Positions 1 to 10,989 of a DNA stretch of 54,234 nucleotides are shown piece after piece. Position 1 is the stretch's first letter, and every line of letters begins with the position of its first letter. Position numbers and translations under genes: made by a program. The notes under the pieces were generated by a model. The model was not told where the DNA came from, ran no database searches, and worked only from the letters and a program-made list of their open reading frames with translations. This DNA is from Girardia tigrina (lineage: Eukaryota), in the NCBI GenBank assembly GCA_001938485.1, contig MQRK01202609.1, positions 25,827-80,060 on the forward strand, given 5' to 3'.

Positions 1-163
1 ACTGCCTCGAGCATCGGTAGATGCTGCAGTAGTATGTAAAAAAGGATTGGAAGATTTTGTCTCCTCAAATACTCACAGATTCTTCATCATCACAGGACTT
101 CCTTGCGATTTTTTGAAAAGATATATATATATATATATAACTTATATAACTATATATAACTTA

Positions 164-353
164 ATGCCGTCACATCTCAATGCCGTTCTTCGGGGTCGCA
201 AGGGGTTCCATGGGTGCAACACCGCCATGAATGTATATTATTTTTTTAATACGTTCAAATATATGTATTAAATCTAATTGTCTTCTTTCTTGGTCTTTCT
301 GTAATATGTTTGATACTTAACGTTTTGTAAGGGATCGGTAACGGACCGCAACA
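164..353 (-). mobile_element. Terminal fragment of a relative of the 24567-27906 LTR-like element
   Basis: Ends in CGGACCGCAACA (342-353), identical to 27895-27906. Also shares AAATATATGTATTA, TTTGTAAGGGAT and the peptide HL..A.LRG..G...C....YY with the last exon of that element. Confidence 0.6.
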
Positions 354-604
354 TATACATAAAATAATTTGAATTTTATTTAACTTTTTTTAGGATATAT
401 TAAGAAGTATTGAACTTGATCGGAAAAAAATTATGCACGTTTGACTTTGTGGGTGGGGAAAACATACGAGATTCACTGTCCATAGTTTTAACAACATATA
501 TACTTTATTGGTAGGTAAGGATATCATCGCTAAATAGGATTTATATTTGATTTTTTTGTTTTTTCTTCATCAATGTTATCCATAGTTTTAACAACATATA
601 TATA

Positions 605-1008
605 CAGTCAGGTGTAAAAGATTGTGAACGCTTGTTGTTAAATTGTCTTTTGCACCCAACTGCAATTATATTGACAGAAGCACACCAAAATACTTTTACA
701 ATAGTCTGGTGACACTTTTTGAGTCCAAACAGTTTCCACTGCTTTGCTCATGTCCTGCATAGAATTTGGGGGCATGGCAGCAACCTGTTTCTTCACTTGG
801 GTCCAGGCATTCTCAATCGGATTGAGATACGGTGAGTTTCCTGGCCCAGGACCAAGAATTTGGAAGCCTCGCTGAGCTAACCATTCTCGAACAGCCTTGG
901 TATTGTGGTAAGGTGCTCCATCATGCTGAAAGAAGGTCGTTCAGTGTAACTCCAGCAGTGTAAAAAGCAGTATAGAAACAAGCGTTCACAAACTTTTGCA
1001 CTTGATTG
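605..1008 (-). mobile_element. Internally deleted Tc1-family (D35E spacing) element, MITE-like
   Basis: ~30-bp TIRs (CAGTCAGGTGTAAAAGATTGTGAACGCTTGTT / AACAAGCGTTCACAAACTTTTGCACTTGATTG) flanked by TA. The minus strand encodes FFQHDGAPYH...GNSPYLNPIENAW. Confidence 0.85.
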
Positions 1009-1853
1009 TACACATTCACATTCTACAACCGAACCAACATCTATTGCTGAACAAGTAGTAGATAAAGTTCTGAATGCATATTTAAATTATTATTTAAAAA
1101 ATATTATTAAACATAACACCAATATAGCTGTTTAAAGCTGGGTCGCTACAATCTGTAATTTAATTTTAATTTTCTAAAAAAAATCGATACCAAAAAAGTC
1201 TTTGGTCTCATCCTACCAGTACAGATATTTCACCAATGGGGTATGTCATGTACGTTACAAACTGCTTTTGAATATTTCATTTGAACAGAACACGTTGATA
1301 ATATAATCGTGGAAAGTGGCGATATCGGCTTTGATCGATCCCCCGACCACATAATCGTGCATGGTATGTGGTGTCGTCGAACCGTCGTAGTTTAGCAACA
1401 TCCCACTCGTTAGATTACCGGTTCACGACCGTCTCGAGTCAGTCAAATCCGGTCGATGCCGTCTAGAATAGCGGTGCTCCTCGTCAACGCTCGATGGGTT
1501 CACCAGCATTGACGGTCTGTCTTCAGAATCGATGATCGCGTGCAGTGCACGAAGTGTCGAGGGGACCGGTGTGAGTCCTCGTGCTCGATCGTGGAGCATC
1601 GCGAAAACGAACCTACCGTTCGTCAACATAACATCCTGCGGACGCACAGTCAAGAAGACGATATCATAAAGCATCGTTCAAAATAAAAATACGGGATAAT
1701 GTATTAATGATTTACATAATATCATACAGAAACAGGAATTTTTAAAGCTTAAAGTTTCACCAATTTTTTGGTTTATTTAAACAATTGTATTTTTTTAACA
1801 GTTATTATTTTTCATTATTTAATTTTTTGAGCACCAGAAGAATATTGTTTATA

Positions 1854-3290
1854 CAGTGTGTTCAAAAAGTAACTGTGCACCTGCAATTTCAAAACAAGAA
1901 CGATATCCTGTGTTCTAAAAATCAATAACAAAATATTTTGAATAGTCAATTTTATGTGAAGAACAATGACCGTCTCTTAATTTATTAAAAATAACAAGAA
2001 AAGAGTCACAACAACTGCTGGAAATGCCCACCAAGTTCGTGAATACAAACGTTAATTCGACGTTTCAAGTTTTCGAACACTCGATAAATTTCCCCTTGGG
2101 TGATGGCTTCAATTTGGTGTAGGATGTTATCACGTAGGTCTTGCTAAGTTTGTGGTTTGTTTCGGTAAACCTTTTGCTTTATCGCTCCCCAGAGGTAAAA
2201 GTCCAAAACACTTAGATCTGGGGATCTTGGTGGCCAAATTCCTTTGGAAATGATTCTCTTCTGGAAGATCTCATTCAAAAAACGAAGCGAAATGTTTGCG
2301 GTATGTGCTGTTGCACCATCCTGCTGAAAATAGTCAGTCGATCGTTCTTCTTCAGTTAATTGGTCGATGAAAGCAGAAAGGATTTCCTTGCAGTACCTTT
2401 CTGATGTTATGGTTTCAGTAAAAAGATGGGACCAATTACACGCCTCCTGGACATGGCACACCATACTCTAACTTTCAAGGAATGCAGAGACTTCTCAACA
2501 AATTCATGCGGATTTTCACTGGACCAAACTCGAGAATTTTGGCTACTCACATATCTAGACAAATGAAACCACGCTTCATCGGAAAAAAAGTCTTGTCGAG
2601 CATGTCATCNNNNNNNNNNNNNNNNNNNNNNNNNNNNNNNNNNNNNNNNNNNNNNNNNNNNNNNNNNNNNNNNNNNNNNNNNNNNNNNNNNNNNNNNNNN
2701 NNNNNNNNNNNNNNNNNNNNNNNNNNNNNNNNNNNNNNNNNNNNNNNNNNNNNNNNNNNNNNNNNNNNNNNNNNNNNNNNNNTTGGACTCTGGCTCATGG
2801 CTTTCGAAATAACATTGACTTTTTGCTCCGTTAAAATCGTTGGTCGACCTGAGCGGGAGGCATCATGAACGGATCCAGTTTCTCTGAACTTGTTCACTAA
2901 AATCGAACTGCATTTCGATGAGGTATTGCTGTTGCGGGAAACTTTTCGGCAAATTTTTCCTTCACTGCTTCTGTGTATTCATCATTCGCACGAAAGACAT
3001 GTTCAATCAAAAATATTCTCTCCTCCGTTGACAAAACCATTTTCAATTGGAATTAACTTCGCAATAAATTGACTTTCGTCAATCATTAGATTGAATATCA
3101 AAATGATATTTTTTTAAAAATTTAAAACGCACAGTGTCAAAGTCAAAGTGTGTAGGTATGTTTTTTGTTCACGAATCTATTTCATAGTTCGATTTCATAG
3201 AAATTTGCATTTAAAAAGTCTGCTACAACGCTGATTATCTAAAAATAAACCAGACAATGAAAGGTGCACAGTGACTTTCTGAACGCACTG
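1854..3290 (-). mobile_element. Full-length Tc1/mariner-superfamily element, rosa/DD41D-like
   Basis: TIRs CAGTGTGTTCAAAAAGTAACTGTGCACCT / AGGTGCACAGTGACTTTCTGAACGCACTG, with TA on both sides. Confidence 0.9.
2006..3040 (-). pseudogene. DDD transposase with N-terminal HTH (DUF4817-like), frameshifted, spans an N gap
   Basis: Motifs MVLSTEERIF, KFRETGSVHD.SRSGRP, SDEAWFHL, FQQDGATAHTA, WPPRSPDLSVLDFYLWG, GGHFQQLL*. Confidence 0.88.
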
Positions 3291-3646
3291 TATAAATTTG
3301 ACCAGGTGTCAAGTTCCACCTGTGTCCGCGAAATATTCGAAAAGTACAAAGTTGATTAATATTTTACCAAATCAGTGAGTTGTGTTTAAATATCTAATTA
3401 ATATTACATTGTCATGAAAAATGAAATTGTAAAGAAAAATGTTAACTCTACAAAATCAAGAAAAAATCGTCGAAAATTCGATCTTAAAATTTAAAAGAAG
3501 AGTGTTAGAAACAGACAGAGTGAATACATAAGGTTATTCAGTAATTTCTAGTCGTTTTTCTTTATTTCGGTATTCTAAAACATTGAATGTAGTAATAATG
3601 CCAGTGAGCCAGCTGTCTTTACGGATCTCAAACTTTTTAATACTAC

Positions 3647-4988
3647 TTAGGTCACTTATTATGTCACACTTCTTTTACCTAATGGAAATGATCAATATTT
3701 ATTTTAAAATTACAGTGATAAATGTCTACAGCTTTTGATCTGTCAACACAATTGCTGTGAGACCGTGTGCTCGATAATTTCTAAAACCTTTTGAAAGCTA
3801 CTGAATCAGTCCATTAAATCAACAAAGCTGTTTCTAAGCATTCAATGAGAGAATGGTTCACCCGCTTCTGAGCTCGCTACTACAATCAGAGCTCATTGAT
3901 GACCGCCTATGGATATTGGTTCGAATCAACTAGCTACAAATAATACTTGAGTTTGCAGAAACATTGATTTGAATATCCAAATCTACCATGTTGAAACACT
4001 TGAAGGTCATAGACATCGGGCCAAAATTGTATTTGTGAGTGCCCCACCAGTCCATTGACGTCCAACGTCAACGTTGTTGTGAACCTACTCTTACTCTACT
4101 ACCGTTAGAGCGTCACTAAAACTAGCTATCTTTAACCATCCAGTGCTAACATTCCGTTTCTAAGACCAACCCCCCACTTTTCTCATCGAATTATCGCAAT
4201 GGCGACTCTGAAAATGACTAATTATTTTTATATTACTCACTGTTATTTTAATGTTACTAATTATTAATAATTAGTTGAAGTACTGCTATGTTCTTTTTTA
4301 CCAAAAAATGTACAATATGAATACAAAGTGTATGAATAAAATAACTTTCTCTGAATTCGGTCTTACAGACGGATGTTAGTACTAATGTTACAAAAATCGT
4401 ATTAGTATTACAGGGTTAATTGTTACTGGTGAAGGGAAGTGGATCACTTAACTGAACATTCTATGCGGGCGATCATGGTTTCAGAAAGTATACAAACCAA
4501 TCGTTAGCCAAAGCTTCACTCTAAAAAGTAATGTTCTTGGCATAATAGAACTGGAAGAAGGTGATCCTGTGTAAATTGTTCCTAACTGACATCAATATTT
4601 CATCTGAAATCTACTGCAAACAGCTTGACTGTTTGACCGTTTAGATCCATCAGAAGCATCTACATTTTAAACCTACTCGCTTTATACATAATAACATCAG
4701 ACCACACGTTGTAGCCTCCAACCATCAAAATCTGTTTGAATTGGGCTGGTAACTTTTCATTTTCCCATTGAGTAGTCAATACCTGGCCACATCCGACTTT
4801 CATGGTTTGTTAACTTCTTCGAATCAAAGTCCGTGATTTTCTACAATAATGACATCAGGAGTTTGTCGGAAAATGCAGATGATGCTTGATTGCAATGGTG
4901 AGTATTGTAGCTATATAATTTATTAAAAAAAATTTATCGTTATTTAATATGTATTTATTGCAAAAAGTCAATAATAATAAGTGAATCG
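3647..4988 (+). mobile_element. Highly decayed mariner (DD34D) element with a ~290-bp insertion
   Basis: Remnant motifs (W)VPHQ at ~4038, IVTGEGKWI, INISSEIYCKQLD, FIHNNIRPH, LATSDFH, CNGEY. Weak TIR core TCACTTATTA at both ends. Boundaries approximate. Confidence 0.65.
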
Positions 4989-5357
4989 AAAAACTAAAAC
5001 AAAAAAATTTACTTGGATATCTTATTCAAAAAGAACGTCTAATACTTGGCAATGAGCTAAACAATTAAAATAAACTGAAACGAAAAGTAAAAAACAAATA
5101 CAAATTAAATTCAAAATTTATACAAAAAATCCAAGCTTTTCCTATCGTTTATCCGAATGTAACTCCAAAAAAATTAATCAGATCCAGTAATTAAAAGAAT
5201 CGATTTTGAGGGAACTAAATAGAATTTTCTGAAAAGGTTTCTGACAAACTATGACACAGAATTTCTTACTTTTTTGGCCTTAAATATTGTTTGTTGACTA
5301 ACTGAATCATATTCATTGCTGTTTATTCAAAGATAACAAAGGTAATTAAATCAATTC

Positions 5358-5458
5358 AAAATGTGGATGCTTCTGATGGATCTAAACGGTTAAACAGTCA
5401 AGCTGGTTGCAGTAGATTTCAGTTGAAATATTGATGTCAGTTGGTAACAATTTACACA
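5358..5458 (-). repeat. Inverted ~100-bp duplicate of the mariner segment 4568-4668
   Basis: Reverse complement matches with only scattered mismatches. Confidence 0.85.
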
Positions 5459-7906
5459 AAGCTTAAGGTTTCTCTTATGATTACTGTTTTTTCAGAGACG
5501 TACTTAGTTTTCCCTGTGGTGAATTCGTAATAATTAATATAATTTGTTCTGATTAATTTCATAATTTCTTTTACTTCTCAAAAAGTCGAATCCAACATAA
5601 TCGCTATTTCAGTAACATAACAATTACCTTTAAACTGGATAGTCCAATAGGTATGTAATACGAGGTTTTTTTTCAAAAATAGAATTAGTTCACCAAGACG
5701 AGCATTTGAATGCATAACTGTGATTCTCAAAAAAAGCAATAAGGAAAATTGGAAATAAAAAAAATTGACGTTCGTTTAAATATTACAATGGAATTTAGAA
5801 AAAAATAATAAAAATATGAATGTAATTTAAACTGAAAACATTAATATCAATTGTTTATGTTTGGATTTTTTACACTTCTTTATTGTGAATCTCGTATCAC
5901 AAATTCATGCGGCACCCGCTTAACCACACCACTCCGTGACATAACGAACCGGTCGGACCGAGTCCGGTACTGCTATGTGCGACCCGACGATGCATTGCTG
6001 GCCGAAGTGAACTGGTCAGTCGGACCAACCGATGTCGAGTGAACGGAGCAATTGTACGGCCCGCCGTTCCAGGTTTCACTGCTCGACTGGGTGCCGCCAC
6101 AAATCGGTCGCAGGACCGACACACAACTACGAACCGGCCGGTGTCTGCTGTACTCAACCGGCGCACGGCCACTGCGCCGAGCTCCACGGGTACTAACTTT
6201 TCGCACATTAAAGAGATTCGGTGGCCGGCACCTCAATAACAAAATAGGACCAGTTAATAGAAGCTTAGGAAATAGTATGCAATTTCAGTCAAATTATGTA
6301 ACTTAGAATTTCTTGACAAATTTAGAGTAATTAGTATGAGGAATATCATCGAATGGTGTTTATAGTATGTTGTGTATGGCATTTTTTTAAGGATTATATT
6401 TCTCCCACCAAGATAGAAGATTGATATTTTGAATGTTTTGAACCGTCGGATTATTCAAATGTAAATAACAACTTTAAAATTAAATTAATATATTTTAATA
6501 AATAAATATACACTAATATTTTAATCGAAATATTTTAAAGTGATTTAAAATATTTTAATAGTATAATATAGCATAAAGATTTATTTAATCATAAATAATA
6601 TATTTAAAATAATAAATTAAAATATTTTTGAAAATAATTTAAAATTATTTTAGTCAGGAATTGTAATTTAAATTTCTTTGAGGTTTAATTTGAGGTTTAT
6701 AATTCAAATTAAATATATATCAGTGAAGAACGATGTCTAACTAAGAAAGTTTTGTAGAGAATTGTCCTGGAGGAATTCGAGTTGTGATGTCAATAAAAGT
6801 ATTGGAAATCATATTCTTAATAATTAGAAAGAATTTTTTAGAAGAATATTTATTCTTTTGTGATAAATCAATAGGTTCAAACGTTTTAAGTTTCAAAAGT
6901 TCAAAAAAGATAGATTAAAAAACCTTTGCAATGAAGAACTACAAAATTGTTTAACATCTCACGAAATTTATACTCCACCTAAAAATAATCAAGGATTTGT
7001 GAATAACTTCAAAACCTCTTTCCAGTGACTTTTTTATTTGTCTGGAAGTTTCGAAGTTACCAAATTACATAATTTCGTTATTGTGAGGAATATTTTAAAT
7101 TGCATTTTTTGATTATGTTGAAACCCACCCAGATGGAAATTGGTATTGACGGTAATTCACTATTCGAACATGATTAATATAATAATAATGAAATGATAAT
7201 AATCAGATAAGTTTAAATTTTCGAAATTAGCAATTAAAATCAAGTTTAATATTTTTAAAAAAGTACTTTAAATTGATATAAAATAATGAAATTTAAATTA
7301 ATTTTACAATTTTGATAAAATATTTTGATTTGTTTAGAATTCTTATAATGAAATGGTTAAGATTACTAATTTTATAAAATATTTTTGGAAATTAAAAAAT
7401 ATTAAATATTTTAGAAGGATTTAGAAGAATTAATCGATTAATCATTATTATAGACAGAAATAAAACCAATTAGAATGATCTCAAACTGTAAAGGATCTTC
7501 CGAGAGTTGTGATGACTCTAAACTTTCTAATAGTAATTGTCTCAATGTTCTTAATAGTTATGTTCTTATGTATGTATATATATATATATATATATCAAAA
7601 TGTTAGTTTGGACGAGTTAATTCCATTTCTGTGGCGCAAATCGCAATCTGTACTATTTGAAACCCGATTTAAATATGTCGTTGAAGAAAGTTGTTTGCTA
7701 ATCTTTTCATTATAAAACTACAAGAACTTCTTGAACAACCGTATATATAATGCTGCAAAGATCTCTGAAAAGAAAATATACGATCACTAAGAGAAATGCT
7801 TTTCACTCACTTTCGAATTATTTCATCACTACAAAATAAAAATAACAAAAAAATATTTTTTTAATCATTAATAAATAATTAATATTACATAAATTTAAAT
7901 AATTGT

Positions 7907-8344
7907 TTATTTTGTATCTTTAACTTGTTGAAAGTCTTTTAAATCACTCAATAATTTTTTCTGTAACGTATTCGAAATAACTTTATCATTTGTCGAAATC
8001 GATTTCGTCATATTGTCATTGGAGATCCGTTGATTATTTTTACATCGATCAATATTCGATAAGACTTCGGTAAACTGATTGACTTTAAAAGAATAATTAC
8101 TACGTGAACTGTTTTGATAACCATATTGTCCGATTTTTCGTTTCGACTTGACTGTTCGCGGATTAATCGACTGTGAATGAGTGATACCGAATTTCCATAC
8201 AACAATAATTATAACAAACAAAATTATTGTAATTAAAAGTATCGATGCAAACAAGGCCATAAAAACCATACCAACTTCAAAATCGTCTGCATGTTTGAAG
8301 TCTTTGTTTTCCAAGGTCGTGTTAAACGCGGTAACTGATGGCAT
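7907..8344 (-). CDS. Hypothetical 145-aa single-pass membrane protein
   Basis: ATG-initiated ORF in AT-rich DNA. Long hydrophobic run (MVFMALFASILLITIILFVIIIVVW) followed by a basic segment. No family recognised. Confidence 0.45.
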   Translation of the reverse strand: MPSVTAFNTTLENKDFKHADDFEVGMVFMALFASILLITIILFVIIIVVWKFGITHSQSINPRTVKSKRKIGQYGYQNSSRSNYSFKVNQFTEVLSNIDRCKNNQRISNDNMTKSISTNDKVISNTLQKKLLSDLKDFQQVKDTK

Positions 8345-9879
8345 ATCGGATTCAAATTACACAAAGAAAATACTGTATACTGTGAATTGTAACCAGTTAA
8401 ACCTCCAAAACTGTCAGCCAATGAAATTGATTGAAAATCGAGTGTGCAATAATATTCATTTAATCATAATTTCAGGAGACCTTTATCAACGATAGAACGG
8501 GAAAATCAGCTTAGTCTGCATTAGATATTTTGTCTGTAGCTATCGATGACTCATTTCTTATTTGTGTGTGTCTTTACTTTTCGATTGAAAAACTGGTTTC
8601 AACAATATTATTTAAAATTTGATTTTTTCTTAATATTTTTGATTTTTTTCCTCTAATTTAATTCGAAAATAAAATTTATAATTAAAATCGACTGAACACT
8701 AGTACTACTCGCTTAAGGCATTTTGGAAAATGAATTCTATTAATTTTTTTCAAATTTTTTTTTATTTCGATAGACATTTTATTATTTAACATGTTAATAT
8801 TACAATTTAACTTTCAATTAATGTTTATTTCAAATTTTTAAGTATATCCACTTTTTTTAAGTCACTGTCAAATTTCGTTTGTTTAATATTTTTGAGTTTG
8901 AATTAATAATTAATGTTTTATCAATTATGTCTACCAAGTCTTAATTTCCTTAAATAATGTGTCTTAACTTACTGAGAACACTTCGTATTTTAGATGGATG
9001 TTATGGTAAATATTTGAGAGTTTATTTTTAGTTTTAAATTTTTTAGTGTCATTTTATATTTTTGTTGAGGATTCTGAGACTTTTCATGTTTCTTAATATT
9101 TTCCTTTTTGTCGAATAGAGAGTACTAGTTGGTGTTTTGAATCCCTATATGAGTCTAAACTGTTTACACAAGTCTTTTTCATTTCAGAGAAAGAGACCTG
9201 AAAATCAATCGAAAAAATAAAAAAAATAAATTTGCAGATAAAGTTTACTTAAAATCTACACAATACGACATAATTGAGCTTCATACAGCTCAATAAGAAT
9301 AATTTTGCGGACCAAACATAGTTATTAATTTCTAAATAGAAAATTACTAATTTTGGATTTTTCCCCGTCATTTGATGTATCATTTATAGTTGCTGTGGGT
9401 GACAGAATGGGCGCAGTGGATTTGTGGCTACGGCGCGTTAGTGCTTGAGGGTGGACTGCAACGGTATGGGGAAGAAGAATCGAACTCACCGGCATCCGCT
9501 GTTTTCTCACCAGTAGGATCAGGTCCAGCATGAGATTCGTCAATGATTTTATAATTTTTATTTATTTTTTTTAATTCATTGAATTAGTGAAGTATTGAAG
9601 ACTTTTTAATTTCGAAATTATTAACAGATGTAACTCGAAATTGAGACTATTTTTCTTTTTAAATTTACAAAATTTCTTTTCTTTTTCTCAACATAAATCG
9701 ATAAGACGCTGGACATAGAAAATACAGTTTATTTTAAAGAAATTGAAAGGAATAAAGAATTTAATTTACGGAAAATCTTCTTTCTGGTGTGGTAGTTATC
9801 ACTAGAAGAGTGATGAAAATTTGTAAGTTTCTTAATATTTAGAATAAACAGATATCACATTGACGAAATACTTCCAGTG

Positions 9880-10625
9880 CTGTTACTGGCTGGTCTTTGG
9901 GGAGACACTGAACCCACTTTTCCGATTATGTACGAAACTCCGATTGCAATTCGACAGAGGATTCATATAATTGGCCGAGCTCTTCAAAGTTAATATCGGT
10001 ATTATTGAAATAATTGAAAATATCTTCACGAAGTTGTTTTTAAACATTGTCAAGAGATGTGTTGTAAACAGTCGTCCTATAAAAGTCTTTTGACGATGAG
10101 AAGTGCTGAGAAAGTCCATACACAGAGCATTGATTAGTTCTAGGAATCGTGATTCCAGCATAATCTGTAAAACCACGGACTAAAAGTCTATCAGCTCGTG
10201 AGAATATTTTATGAAAAGTTTCTTTACTATGCTTACGAGATCGATCTGTACTCAAAACTGATTTAGCGTGAGTAACACATACTTCTAGATCTTGGAATTC
10301 AGTTCCTAAGGCTTGGGCTAGTGTAAGAGTTAACGAGGCTACAAGTAATGGTATGAAGAAGGAGCTTTAATCTATAGCACACAGAAGACCTTCTTCTTTT
10401 GATGAGGTTTCTGTATTGTGATTTTCTGATAAATATTTCAGAGCCTCTACAACAGGCTCATAAAGTTCAATCAATCGAATGATAGCGTCATGATTTTCAA
10501 TCCATCTAGTTTCCCACCAAGGAATGAGCTTCGATTTTTTTTTCAGATAGAAAATTTTTGAGAATAATGGCTCTTTTTGAAGAGATTAAGAAACAACTAC
10601 ACACTCCGGACATTCGCGGATTTCC
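9880..10625 (-). pseudogene. hAT transposase fragment (ZMYM1/THAP12-like)
   Basis: Motifs TRWIENHDAIIRLIELYEPVVEAL, ITIPR, KDFYRTTVYNTSLDNV, with stops and frameshifts. Confidence 0.7.
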
Positions 10626-10989
10626 TTGGATTGTTTTTTTTCGATCCTTTGTCGATTTGGTGAATAAAAAAATTAAAAAATTAAAAAAAATTAAAAAAAT
10701 AATTAAAATTGAAAAAGTTCTTAAATAATTCAAATAAATAAATAAAAATAATTAAATAAATAAAATAAATAATTTGGTTTGTTTTGACCTCTTGATTTGG
10801 ATGATTGTTTGTGTAGAGATCAATTTATTTAAAAAAAATTACAAAATACGTGATTATGATTAAAAAAAATCAAGGGATTTATTCCATTCTTTTTATTAGC
10901 TTACTTTATATATATATATATATATANNNNNNNNNNNNNNNNNNNNNNNNNNNNNNNNNNNNNNNNNNNNNNNNNNTATATATATATAT

